Shown: positions 39,095 to 50,883 of the stretch, in pieces
Layout: every line of letters begins with the position of its first letter
Numbering within the stretch: position 1 is the stretch's first letter
Virus record (IMG/VR): IMGVR_UViG_3300015263_001049
DNA: 64,000 nt
Strand: one strand, 5' to 3'
DNA from: an uncultured virus (IMG/VR IMGVR_UViG_3300015263_001049)
Lineage: Duplodnaviria > Heunggongvirae > Uroviricota > Caudoviricetes
The notes under the pieces: generated by a model
What the model was told of the DNA's origin: nothing
The model's input: the letters and a program-made list of their open reading frames with translations, nothing else
The model's database searches: none
Program-made: the position numbers and the translations under genes

Positions 39095-39785
39095 GTCTCC
39101 GAGGGGTGGGGTGATGTTTCGTCCCCCCACCCCTCGTTTCCATTGAAATTCAACCCTCTCGATCGTCTACAAGCCATGACCACCCGTTTCGACATCATCA
39201 ACGCGAACCTCCCCTCCGACCTCCGCACGAAGGCGGGTCGTAAGGCCGCCGCCTTGGCCTCGATCGCTCTCCTGACGGACGACGAGTGCTGCGCCCGTCA
39301 TACGGCGATGCGTACCATCGCCGAAATCGCTGCTTGCACCCTCCGTGACGGCTACCGGCCGACCCTTCTCACACGGCCGTCCAGCTCGAAGGTGCCCGAC
39401 CTCCGTAGGGCCTTCCTCGCTGAGCGTGTGGCCGACGCCTACGACGCACACATGAAGAGCCTCGGCCGCCCTGAAAGGGCGTGGCGCGGTTCCCGCTGAA
39501 ATCCAACCTCCTCGATCGTCTACCCAACATGAGCCAGAACCACGAAACCCCGCAGCGATCAGTCCTCCACCTTACCAAGACCGAGGCCGATCACCTCCTC
39601 CGGCGTCTCGCCGGCTCAAGCTACCTCATCGCCAGAGGGGTCGAGGTCTACGCGGTCCCCGATGAGGACTTCGTGTTGTCCGATGGATCCCGTCACCCCG
39701 GCGTGACCATCATGGTCCGAGCCGAGACCGACGTACAGGTGGGCATGGGTCACGGCTTCGTGACCGCGATCAGTGAGGGTTTGGA

Positions 39786-40037
39786 GTGATTACGGACGAC
39801 ACTCGGCGCATGTTCCTCATGCTGTCCGTCCTCGCCACGGCGAAAGGACCCCTCACGGTCCGGGACATCCTCGCCAAGCTCCCCAAGAAGTTCCGCACCC
39901 ACGTTCGTTCGGTCCAACGAGACCTCAAGCACTTGGCCAAGTGGGCGCCCCTTTCGGTTGATCAGAGCGAAAAACCATACCGCTGGGGCATCACGGAGAA
40001 GTCCTCGTGCCCTTGCTGTCAGCGAAAGTTCAAGTAA
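39786..40037 (+). CDS. small HTH protein
   Basis: 'LTVRDIL....RSVQRDLKHL'. Confidence 0.6.
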   Translation: MITDDTRRMFLMLSVLATAKGPLTVRDILAKLPKKFRTHVRSVQRDLKHLAKWAPLSVDQSEKPYRWGITEKSSCPCCQRKFK

Positions 40038-41566
40038 AAACCATGCGAGCCGGATTCAAAAGCCCGAAGTACGGTCATCTCGGTGTCTACTTCCTCTCGA
40101 CAGGGCCGGACCCGTCCGGCCCCCGCCCCGGCCCCCGCGTTCAAGCGGTCATCTACGACGACCAGGACCGCGTTGTACGCCGTTTCGAGCAGGTCGAGGG
40201 CACCTGCCTGGACGAAGGGTACACGGACTTCTGGGGGTCGCCCAAGTGCCGCCCCGCCCGCTTCACCCTTCCCCTCGTCGACATCGCCCCTGACGGCACG
40301 CAGACGGTCCTCGTCCCCGACTTCCAGCCGGGTAGCTCCCGAGCTGTCCTCTCCGGGGCCTTCCAAGCGTGGGTTGAAAAACACGCCACTTTGAGCTGAA
40401 ACGAGGTCCGCTCGATCGTCTACAAGACATGGAAACGAAGAATTGGGACAACGAGAATTTCATGGGTGTGGAGACCGCACAGGCGATCGGTGACCGACGT
40501 TACCGCTACACCCCCTTTCATCGGCTGTCCGCTGCCGACCAGTCCCGAGCCCGGAACCGCTACCCCTACAAGAGCGAGGGGCATTGGGGTGGGTTCCTCG
40601 ACGAGCACTACTACTACCCGGTGAACCGCAAGGGCGAGCTTGGAAACGCCCGGCGAGTCTTGGCGATCCCCCACGCGATGCTGGTGGACTCCTACATGGG
40701 GACGCTTGGCTACAAGCGCACTTCTTGAAAAATTCAAACCCCTCAATCGTCTACTCACCATGAAGATCACCGTCCAAGCCAACATCGAGATCCCCACCAG
40801 CCGCCGTAGTTGGGAGCTGTACGACATGCCCGGAGCCGGCACGGCCGCTCGGGAGCTGACCTCGGCGCTCCGTAAAGCCATCAAAGAGGTCTCCAAGGGA
40901 GCCACGGCGGACAAGGCGCTTTACGATGTCTGGTACCCCGTGGCCCGCAAGAACGCGAGGTTCGGGGCCACGGACTCCGAGCCCCGCTGGCATGCGGAGG
41001 AAGTTCTCCAGAAGGCTCAGGCGCTCGTACAGGGGCGGTCATGAAGCGAGCATCCTACCGGGAAGGCGTCGCTTGGATCGCTGAGAACGACGAGCCTGCT
41101 GAAAGCGACCCGGAGACCATCGGGTCTCTCGTTTCGGTCCTGCTCCTCGCCGACCTCTTCGCCGTCGAACCTGAGCGGGTTGTCGCCGACATCATCAAGT
41201 TCCGAAAGAAGGCTGAGCTATGAGCAAAACCAAGACGATGAAAGAGGTCGTGGCATTCGCCACGAAGGAGTTGAAGGCGGCCAACGTCCGCAACTCCGTG
41301 GTGGAGACCAGCTCCATCGGAGGGTCGGTCTACATGAACGTCCGAAGGGCGTTCTCGATCGAAGGGTCGATCGAAGTCTCGTTCAAGTTTGGCCCCAAGA
41401 AGAACGGCGGTCTCACCTTCAAGCCCGAGGTCAGCACCAACTTCCCGGCTTGCAACAAGGACGTGGTCCGAGCCGCCGCGTTCATGGGGATCGTCAACGA
41501 GCTGGTCCCCCTGGCGGCGTCCCTTCAGGTCCAGCTAGACGAGTTCGAGATCGTGGAGGATGCGTC

Positions 41567-41944
41567 TTGAACCGTTTTGAGCGCATCCTGGGTGCTCCCA
41601 AGAACACGAAGGTCGTCAAGAACCGGAAGGTCCGAATCGACAAGCCGGTCCCCGTCGAGCCCAAGAAGCCTTTCGAGGACAAGCTCCGGGACAACGACTA
41701 CGACAGCAAGCTCCCGTGGCCCGAGGCCAAAGACCCGGACAGGCAGGCCAAGCGTGAGGCGTACAACGCCGACGAAGCCCGCCTCCTCCGCGAGTTCAAG
41801 GCCGACATGTTCGAGGACTGCGGCGTCACTGGCCACCCCAAGGCCGACAAGGCGTTCGACATCGCTTGGAGCCACGGCCACGCCAGCGGGCTCTACGACG
41901 TGTACTGCTACTTCTCCGAGCTGGCGGAGCTGCTCCGGCCGTGA
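41567..41944 (+). CDS. hypothetical protein beginning NRFERIL
   Basis: TTG start, RBS GGAGG, TTGA overlap. Confidence 0.6.
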   Translation: MNRFERILGAPKNTKVVKNRKVRIDKPVPVEPKKPFEDKLRDNDYDSKLPWPEAKDPDRQAKREAYNADEARLLREFKADMFEDCGVTGHPKADKAFDIAWSHGHASGLYDVYCYFSELAELLRP

Positions 41945-42833
41945 GCCTCAAGCAAGACGCTCTGGCTGCCCTCAGCGAGCTTCCCAGCGTCCGCCAGACC
42001 ATCGGGAAGCTCGGGCCTCAACTCCGGCGCTGCAAGCCCGGCTCGAAGCGTCACCAGGAAATCTGGAACACCCTCACCCGTCTGGAGAACCAGGCGTGTG
42101 AGCTGTCCTCCACCATCCGCCTCGCTCTCAACGAAATCCCATGAATCCCGAACCCTTCTACTGCTTCTACGAGTGTTGCAAGTGCAAGACGAAGCACAAG
42201 GGTAACGAGCACACCCCGCCAACCGTGGCGATGGTGCCCGGCGACCGCCCCAACGAGTGGGTGTTCGTCTGCGTGCCGGAATGCAAGAAGCCATGAAAAC
42301 CCCCAAGGTCATCGTTCACCGTACGGAACGTCGTCGCACGGACGGCACGACCGTCGATTCCCCCTGCCACTGCTTCGGCAACCCCAGGCGGACTCACTCG
42401 GTCGTTGAATGCCCGTGGGTCAAGCTCCGCACCGAGTTTCCCGAGGGGCGCCGCATCCAGCTTCACCCCGGAACCGACCAGTGGATGATGGGCGACCGCT
42501 TCGGCGAGGTCCGCAAGGTCGATGCAGAAGGCCGCGTCCACGTGAAGATGGATAGGTCGGGCAAGACCCTCAAGTGCCAGCCGGATCACATCCTGAAACG
42601 CGACCCCAAGACGGATCACAGGCTGGAGCCATGAAGTACGAGTACAAGACCACGAGCGGTGAGATCCAGTGGAGCCCTCAAGCCCTCCACGTCGAGAGCG
42701 TCCCGGACCCCGAGCCTCCGGGCGAGGACCGAGGGCTCCCGTACCGCCCGGCTTGGGAGATGGTCGGCTCCGTGGTCACAGAGGTCCGTAGCTCCGTGTC
42801 CACGGTCCTCTGGTTCTGGCGCCGCGAAGTCCC

Positions 42834-43373
42834 CTAGTCACACTCACCGGGGCGGGCCTTGGGGTCTTGATCCCCGACCCAATATGCGGTGATTACGGTG
42901 ATTTCGTTTGCCCCTGAGCGGGTGAAGACGATGGTGAGGTTCAACTTCGGGTCAGTCCAGACAACCTTCCCGGAACGAAGGTCCCGATCCATCGCTTGAA
43001 ACGCCGGCCCTTTCTGGGACTTGAGTTGAAAGTAGAGCTTCGAGTAGCTCGCTAGCGCCGCACGGATGGCGGGGACCGGAATGCCTCGCAGGTCCATGCG
43101 GTACTGAGCGTGAGGGGAGATCGAGAGGTGCTTGGAAAGCCCAACCCCTTTCTCTTGCTCCGTGCGGTAGACCTTCGCCGCATCGGGGTTTGAAAGGGGT
43201 TCGTTGTGCTCGACCTCTTCTACGAGCTGGTCCCGAAGACGAGGGTTTCGGATGTCGTGTTCGATGCGGTCTACGACCTGACACGGTCCGCCAGGGTAGC
43301 CCAGCGGAGGAGATAGGTCCCCACGCCGAAGGAACCGAGCCACAACGCGACGAACTAAGGCTAGGTTGCCCAC
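42834..43373 (-). CDS. DUF4258/RelE-like fold protein with N-terminal RVVARFL tag
   Basis: 'ISPHAQYRMDLRGI...ITVITAYW'. Confidence 0.55.
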   Translation of the reverse strand: MGNLALVRRVVARFLRRGDLSPPLGYPGGPCQVVDRIEHDIRNPRLRDQLVEEVEHNEPLSNPDAAKVYRTEQEKGVGLSKHLSISPHAQYRMDLRGIPVPAIRAALASYSKLYFQLKSQKGPAFQAMDRDLRSGKVVWTDPKLNLTIVFTRSGANEITVITAYWVGDQDPKARPGECD

Positions 43374-43433
43374 GCTAACGGCGACGTATCAAAGTTTCAG
43401 TAGAAAATACCAACCCTCAATCGTCTACCTCCC

Positions 43434-43703
43434 ATGAGCACCGCCAAGTTTGCTACCGGCCAAGTCGTCTCCACCCCCGGCGCCCAAGAGACCTTCGGCG
43501 TCCCCTTCCTCGCCCGCTGCCTGGAGCGTCACGTGAACGGCGACTGGGGAGACCTCGACCGCCACGACATCGCCGAGAATGAGCGAGCCCTCAAGGACGG
43601 CTCCCGACTCATGAGCGTCTACACGCACGAGGGTAACAAGCTCTACGTCATCACGGAGTCGGATCGGTCCGTCACCACGTTCCTCTTGCCCGAGGAATAC
43701 TGA
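43434..43703 (+). CDS. conserved small phage/plasmid hypothetical protein
   Basis: 'GQVVSTPGA..RHVNGDWGD..RLMSVY..YVITESDRSVTTFLLPEEY'. Confidence 0.75.
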   Translation: MSTAKFATGQVVSTPGAQETFGVPFLARCLERHVNGDWGDLDRHDIAENERALKDGSRLMSVYTHEGNKLYVITESDRSVTTFLLPEEY

Positions 43704-45846
43704 TGGAAAAGGGTCAAATCAACACGCGCTACCTCGTTCGCCACGTCAACTACTTCCGTGGGCATGAAGGTCACTTCTTTGCCCTCGTTTTCACGGGGGA
43801 AGTGGTTGATGTGACCGGCCGGGAGCCCAAGTGGTACGAGCTGATCGACCGCCCGGACTTCCTCGGGCTCGTCTCGAAGGCCCCGAAAACGGGCTGGGGT
43901 GGCATGGTTCCACTCCCTGCGAATCTCGATGGCGTCCGGTACGTCGCTGCCTCGGACGAGAAGGCCGTCGCTGCCGAGGCTCTCCGGGCCGCCGCTGCCG
44001 AGGTGAAGGGTGAGGCTGACCGTGAGGCGTCCGACCCCGCCTACGCCTTGGAGAAGGCTCTCAAGAGCCATGATTGGTTCGCGCACTACTCCGACGACAA
44101 CGGGGTCTTCTTCGCCTCCGAGCGCCATTGGGACAAGATCAAGGCTCTCATGGCGAAGGTCCCGCCCGCCGTCGCGGAAGCTCTCCTCGACCAGTACAAG
44201 CCCAAGGTCTGAAAACCAAACCCTTCGATCGTCTACAAGCCATGACCAACCAAGCACACACCCGCCGTGACTTCTGCGCCAAGACCTTCCGCCTGTCGGC
44301 CGCTCGCGAGATCCAGTGGTTCGACACCACGGGGCTCGTCCAGCTTCCCAAGCGGCGAGTCGCCAAGCTCGAAGTCTCGGAGAGCGGCCACCACGACCAC
44401 TACGACACGTTGGTCGTCACGATCACGAGCAAGGACTCCGGCGTCATCGACCGCAAGTCGTTCAAGTTCAACGACTACCTCAAGAGCCGCTCGGACACTC
44501 GCAACGACGTAGAGACCAACTTCTACGTGTGGGCCGGTGGCCACGGTGGCGGGAAGTTTGAGTGGTACATCGCAACACCAAAGATCATGGAGGAGCTGAT
44601 GCTCCACGTCGAAGCCTATCTCAAGGCATGGGAGTGAACGTCATGACCGAACGTAAGTACAACCTCACCCTCACCGAGCAACAAGCCGGGATCCTATGTG
44701 ACGCCCTCGACCTCTACGCGAGGATCGGCATCGGTCAGTTCGAGGAGATCCTCCACATCTTCAACTTCACCAAGGTCGCCCCGGAGCACCGGGACACGGT
44801 GGAGATCCTACTCCTGTCAGCCAAAGAGGAGATCGGCCTTCCGAAGAACGGGAGCCATGGCATCCATCACCCGGAAGTCAACGACAAGTTCCGGGCCGCA
44901 TTCGACCTCAAGCAAGTCGTCCGCAACAAGGTCGCGTGGGACCGCAACCCGGCTGGCGGGATCCAAGTCCAGTTCGACACCCCGAACCAAACGAGTGAGG
45001 AGACCCCCCTCGCGACCATCACGTCGGAGCCTTCAAAATGAAGGCTGTCGCCCACCAACGGGTCGCCGTCACGGCACTTCCCTCCGATGAACCAGGGAAG
45101 ACCTTGATGGTGACCTGTTGCCTCAACCCCGACCAGGGCTACGCCTCCAAGAATCTGGAGCACGCCGGCTTCGTTCACCACGACCAGTTCGTCCCTGACG
45201 AGAAGGGGCCGAAGCTCTCCGACGCCGAGATCGCCAAGGTGCTTCGAGCCTACGGAGCCCTTCGCGTCTGCCTCAACACAATCGATCCCCCATGACCCCC
45301 TGCGTTTGCCACCCAGAAGCCAACGACGTCGGGATGGGTGAGACTTGCCTCAACTGCAAGCTCTACCCCGGTGAACACGAGCCTCCCGGCTACTGCCGCA
45401 ACTCAACCCGCCAGTGGGACTGGTACACGCACCGCAAGGAACGTGAGCTATCCCTCACCACGATCCAAACTTGGATCGAAAACCAGCCGGCACTTAACGC
45501 AACCGCCTTCACGGTCGAAGCCCAAACCTTCACGGGGGATTCCTTCGAGGACCCCGCTGCTCCCGACGAGATCCAAGGCTTCGTCATCAACGGCAAGGTA
45601 GCCATCGCTCAGAACAACTGGGGCCGCAAGGCCGGGCAAGTGGCCTTCGGGATCTTCGAGCCGGAAGGCAGCACTTGGACCTTCGCGGGCAAACACGACG
45701 TGGAGTGGCGAGGCCCCAAGAGGCAAGCCAAATCCGCCGACGAGCTGGGCAAGGCTTGGGCTCAGGCGTTCCACAAGGCCATGGTCGATGTGGTTTCACT
45801 CCTGTTTGAGCCCTAGACTTCTTGTAAAACGCAACAAGTATCCCTG

Positions 45847-46500
45847 GTGATCACTTTAGCCATCGCCGATGACCACCCACTCGTAAGGGTCGCTCTCAAG
45901 AACGTCATCCAAGGCGAGCCGGACATCCACGTAATCGGAGAGGCGTCTTCGTTTGAGGAAGCTCGGTCGCTCATCAACAGCCAGAAGCCCTCCGTCACCC
46001 TCCTCGACCTCCGGCTCGGCAATCGGTTTACCTTCGAGTTGATCGAGGTCTTCGCAACCGAGACCAACATCCTCGTGATCACCATGCACGAGGAGCTTGT
46101 CTACGCCATCACGGCCCTCAAGCGAGGCGCCAAGGGCTTCATCCACAAGACCGAGCCCCCCGAGGCCGTTCTCAAGGCCATCCGTAAGGTCGCCAAGGCG
46201 GAGAGCTACCTCTCCGAAGCCCTCCGCGATCAGGTCATCCAGATCCACTTCAAGTCCGACTCCAAGAAGGTCGGCGTAGACGCCCTCTCTTACCGGGAGT
46301 TGGAGGTGTTCTACATGCTGGGGGATGGTCTTACAACGAAGGAAATCAGCGAGAAGATGAGGATTTCCCCCAAAACAACCGAGACGCACCGGCAGAGGAT
46401 CAAGGAGAAGCTGGGCTGCGACTCCGGTAACGCCTTGATCGCAATGGCGTCCAAGTGGTTGGCTACCGGAACCTTCGGAGAACCAGACAAATCTGGTTGA
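45847..46500 (+). CDS. NarL/FixJ-family response regulator (REC + LuxR HTH)
   Basis: 'IADDHPLVR', 'LLDLRL', 'ITMH', 'LSYRELEV...GLTTKEISEKMRISPKTTETHR'. Confidence 0.92.
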   Translation: MITLAIADDHPLVRVALKNVIQGEPDIHVIGEASSFEEARSLINSQKPSVTLLDLRLGNRFTFELIEVFATETNILVITMHEELVYAITALKRGAKGFIHKTEPPEAVLKAIRKVAKAESYLSEALRDQVIQIHFKSDSKKVGVDALSYRELEVFYMLGDGLTTKEISEKMRISPKTTETHRQRIKEKLGCDSGNALIAMASKWLATGTFGEPDKSG

Positions 46501-48448
46501 AAACGAAAGGCCGTCGATCGTCTACTCGGTATGAGTGAATACCGGACTCTTCGACGCGGCAAGGACACGGACCTTGCCTTCATGTTGACCCACACGGTCC
46601 TCGTGAGCCGCCAGGGGCGCAAGCTCCCCTGCTCGGTCGAGGCCGCCAAGGAGACCTTCACCGCCAACCCTCGGATCAAGATGATCCAGTCCACGGTTGG
46701 CCACGGCGTCTGCTACCAGTTCGCAGCGCCGGCTCCCCGCAAGGGCGACCACGAGGACATCTACGAGATGTACTCCCAGCGGAGCTGACCCATGAAGCGC
46801 CCTACCCACAACGCAGAGGCCCACGGGCTCACCGTCACGACCCCCCGAGCTGCCATGATGATGCAGCTCCTCAGCTCCGGCATCGTCCAAGGAGGCGTTG
46901 CCCTCTCCCGAGACGAGTACGCCGCCGTCAACAAGCTCTACGGCTTCACCAAGGAGAAGCCCAACCAGAAACCTCCGCCCCCAGAGGCCCCGCTCCGGGA
47001 GAAGTTCAAGACCTCGTGGGACTTCGAGGCCGCCCTCAAGAAGTACGAGGCCGCCCTCCGAGCCTGGCAGAACTGGCAAGACCCACGAGCCCTCATGCAA
47101 GCCGGGTCTGACCGTAACGCGATGCGTCATGCCGAAGCCGATGGGCTCCGGCTCCTCGCCTGGCTGGCCAAGTTCGTACCGGCCGGGGAGGACCCCCTCA
47201 AGCACCTGATCCAAGCCGCCTCCGATGCCGGCTGGGACGTGGACCCCTCCGACCTCGAATGGGCAGAATCGGAGCAGGAAACCGACGATCCCGGTTGAAA
47301 CCCTGCCTCCTCGATCGTCTACTCACCGGAGGATGGGGAAGATGTGGCGAGCAATTTCGATCACGGCCGTAGAGGCTGGCGCGAAGACCCTTGCGAAGAA
47401 ACTGGAAAAGATGGGCCTCAAGGTCCAGGTCCACGTCTTCAAGACTGGGCCTGGTGGGACGGCATACTTCGGGGCTTCAAACGTCGAGGTTGTCGTTCAT
47501 GGACCCACGGACGAGTATGCGTCGGTAACGTTTCTTGCGGGCGGATACGGTGGTCTTGGGGAACGCGAGATCGGCGGGGGTCAGGGGTGGCGCCCGATGG
47601 CCGCCGAAGGCTTGCGGCGCATTATGACCGATCTCAAGTCTCAAGGGTGGACCCCGGCAGGCTGAAAAACGCAACTCCGGTTGAAACTCGAAACTCTCAA
47701 ACGTCTACCTACCATGAAAACTGTCACCTTCCCCAAGTCAAACTGGTCCGGCGAGTCCGTGGACGTTGTCGTCCACGAGGACGGCAGCTTCGAGCTGTAC
47801 GACTACACGTTCAGGCTGGTCCCGAAGACCGGCCCGGACTTCGAGGACGCCGACTTCGTTCGCCTCTGCGGTCGGGGCTTCGATGTCGTGAGCCCGAGCT
47901 GGCAGCGCCCCCTCGCAACCGTCTGGGTCAAGGACGGCGAAGCGGAAGCGACCAGCGGAGACCTCAGCCGGGACGCAAAGTCGCCCGTCGAGGCGGCCGT
48001 CCAAGTCCTCTGCAACATCATCTGAAGGCCAAGACATGAACACCCCGACCGTCACCCTCACGAGCTACAACATGGGCAGCGAGACAACGGAGGACGACTT
48101 CGACGCTTGGGTCGGCTTCGTTGCCGACCGCATCGACGCTGCTACGGGCTTCACCGTGGACGTGGAGAGCTTCCGCTTCGGCGAGAGCCAGTTCGAGGAT
48201 GCCGTCAGTCACGCGACGGACGAGCAAACGGAGAACATCCGCGAGGCCCTCCGTTCGATTTGGGACGCTTGGTGCTCAGGTAGTGCGTCGTGAACTGCAC
48301 CTACTGCACCGACGACGCCAAGGGCTACGACGAGGACAACGAGCCCACCTGCGGCTTCGCCGAGACCTGCACCGAAGTCGTGAAGCCCCTCGGCCCCGTC
48401 ATCGAGGTCTCCGATGACGATTCTTCCGATGAGGACGAGTAGGGTGAC

Positions 48449-49144
48449 ATGCCGTACGACTACGACCGCCGATCCGCTGCTCGTAAGCGCAAGGCCCCCA
48501 CGCCCGCCCCGGTCCAAAGGGTGAAGGTCGTCGCCGACTACATCGACGACGCCTTTGGGGAGACCTTGAAGGTCGACGCGGAGGGTGAGATCCAAAAACA
48601 CCTGACGCTCAAGCCGGGGAACCGTGAAAACTCCTACGAAGACGGTACCCTCAGCCGTGGTCGCGACCTGGGTTACAGCTTCGCCCAACGCTACCCTTCC
48701 TATGCCTTGGTCACCTCGTTCTTCGATGTAGACCTCCACAACCTCCCAAAAAACCTCGCCAAAGTGCTTGAATGGGAGGAGGTCACAGCCACCCAGGAGG
48801 ACATCGACAAGGCCATCAAAGACTTCGACTTCGAGAGGCCGCTCAAAGAGATGGCCATCGCCGCCTTCCCCGATAGTTACATGGGCGTCAACGATTGGGA
48901 CGAGAAGGTCGAACCCATCGACCAGAAGTCATACACTTCGTCGATCTCCGCCTACTCCGAAGAGGAAGGTGAGGTCGAGCTGCCCGAGTACCCCAACATC
49001 TACTTCCAATGGGGTGGTCACCAGGCGAAGGCCCCGACCGTGTCCATCAAGCAACTCGTATTGAAATTCCGAGTCACCGTCAGTGCCGTGTGGTCGATCG
49101 ATGTGCGCCGCTGGGACTTCGAGGAAGACGCTCGCAGGTGGTAA
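48449..49144 (+). CDS. hypothetical protein with N-terminal YDYDRR tag
   Basis: begins MPYDYDRRSAA. Confidence 0.65.
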   Translation: MPYDYDRRSAARKRKAPTPAPVQRVKVVADYIDDAFGETLKVDAEGEIQKHLTLKPGNRENSYEDGTLSRGRDLGYSFAQRYPSYALVTSFFDVDLHNLPKNLAKVLEWEEVTATQEDIDKAIKDFDFERPLKEMAIAAFPDSYMGVNDWDEKVEPIDQKSYTSSISAYSEEEGEVELPEYPNIYFQWGGHQAKAPTVSIKQLVLKFRVTVSAVWSIDVRRWDFEEDARRW

Positions 49145-49384
49145 CCGCAGGTTGGGGCGATCGGGCCTCTCTTTTACGGTCGATTTGGTCGTAGGTGAGG
49201 ACGAGGGCGTGTTCAACCGTAAGCTAACCTGTAACGTCAACGGGGAAGGCGTCGAGTTTACGGTTGAACGATTCGAGGATCTGAAGCACGTGCCTGTAGG
49301 AGCGGCCTACTTCCCGTTGAGTGCCACTCCGGATATGGCCGCCCGAGTGATCGACAGCACCGTGGGCTCCAAAGCCATTCGCTA

Positions 49385-49711
49385 CTAGATCACGTCGTCT
49401 CGCTCGAACCTCGTCGGAGGACCCTTCCACAAGGGGATGCTAGAGAACGACTCCGCCAGCCTCCGCCTCCCCGCCGCTGACGCAAAGGCGTTCGTCAGGA
49501 TGTTTTGCTGCCTCACGTCAGGGATCTTGGCGATGAGCCCTCGCAACCGCCCCTCCGAGACCCGCCAGTGGTAGGTCCCTTCCGAAAACCCGAAGTGCCG
49601 GGTCGTGATCGAGTCCGCTGAGAAGATCCTAGCCCCCGTCAGCGACACGTGCTCCGCCATGTCTTGAAACATGGCGAGAAGATCGTCCCATTCGTCCTTT
49701 ACGACGGGCAT
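49385..49711 (-). CDS. hypothetical protein with C-terminal PTRFERDDVI tag
   Basis: ends in TAG TAG. Confidence 0.65.
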   Translation of the reverse strand: MPVVKDEWDDLLAMFQDMAEHVSLTGARIFSADSITTRHFGFSEGTYHWRVSEGRLRGLIAKIPDVRQQNILTNAFASAAGRRRLAESFSSIPLWKGPPTRFERDDVI

Positions 49712-49712
49712 C

Positions 49713-50693
49713 TCAAATCACGTCGTCCCGCTCGAACCGCGTACGAGGGGTCTCTTCCAGCTTCTCCTGGGTCCTGACGTGGACATCCACGTCGATCGGG
49801 ACCTGAGTGGCCGGCGTGACCTGGACCGCCGCTACGTCACCGGGGTCAAGACCCATGAGCCTCAAGACGTGGTCGACAGGGAATCCTGCAACCGTCCCCG
49901 GCATCGCTCGAACCTCCTCGGGGGTCAAGCTCTCCGCCATCGCTCGAAGCTCCAGCTCCGACCACGTGGGCGCCTGAACCTGATTCTGGACCCGTGGCAT
50001 CTCGTGGTTCCCAAGAGGAATGCTCCGAGCTGGGTTCTCCGACGAGATCGGTTGAAACGTCACCACCCCCGAGTCCTGCCCGTTTTGGTACGTGTGCTGG
50101 ACCGAAGTGATGAGCCCAACCACGGGGCCGTCCGGCCCGTTGACGCGGATCTGGTCCCCTACCCGAAGAGCCCCCGGAGACCCAACGAGAGCCCGCTCTC
50201 CCGTTACTCCCAGAGCAGCCACAAGCGGGTTGACCTGCCCAGAGAACAAGGGCCTAGCCTGAAACTCCACCTGCTCTTCGACGATGACCTCGTTCCAACG
50301 GGCCGAAGCTGACTCGTGCATCCCCGCATGACCCGTAGGTCGGACGCACTCGTGGTCCCCCACGGCCGTTCGGTCAGGACATCGAGGCACCCTCGGAGGC
50401 CAACTGTTGCACTCGTCACATGAGGTCGCACCAGGGACTTCCCGCCTGAAAACCCGCCCGCAACCCACACATCGAGGCCCGTCCACGTGACGCCTCACCG
50501 GCTCGTCAAACGAGTCCGTCACGAAATGCCTCGTGCAAAGACCCTGCGTCACCGCACTCTCAAGACACCCAGGGCGACCACATCGAGGCTGATCACCCGG
50601 AGCATAGCGATGCCCTGACGCTTCGTGCTCCGGGCACATGTGCCCCTCGAAGGGTGCCTCCCCAGGACAGCCGATGACGTAGCAATCCGCCAT
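49713..50693 (-). CDS. multi-zinc-finger protein with C-terminal RTRFERDDVI tag
   Basis: repeated C-x4-C...C-x2-H modules at the N-terminus. Confidence 0.65.
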   Translation of the reverse strand: MADCYVIGCPGEAPFEGHMCPEHEASGHRYAPGDQPRCGRPGCLESAVTQGLCTRHFVTDSFDEPVRRHVDGPRCVGCGRVFRREVPGATSCDECNSWPPRVPRCPDRTAVGDHECVRPTGHAGMHESASARWNEVIVEEQVEFQARPLFSGQVNPLVAALGVTGERALVGSPGALRVGDQIRVNGPDGPVVGLITSVQHTYQNGQDSGVVTFQPISSENPARSIPLGNHEMPRVQNQVQAPTWSELELRAMAESLTPEEVRAMPGTVAGFPVDHVLRLMGLDPGDVAAVQVTPATQVPIDVDVHVRTQEKLEETPRTRFERDDVI

Positions 50694-50883
50694 CTCGCTA
50701 CCGCTGCCAGACCTTCATCGCTTCGTCCCGCTGAGCAGCTTCGCAAACGGGTTGTACTTCAACGTCGGCTTCGCCTCCGCCAAGTTCCGCTGATCCTCTT
50801 GATGACTCCTCTGCGCCAAGCAAAGGTCACAAGGCTTCATGTTCTCACGGCACTTGTCCGAGCAATAGTGCTCAGGCTTCATT

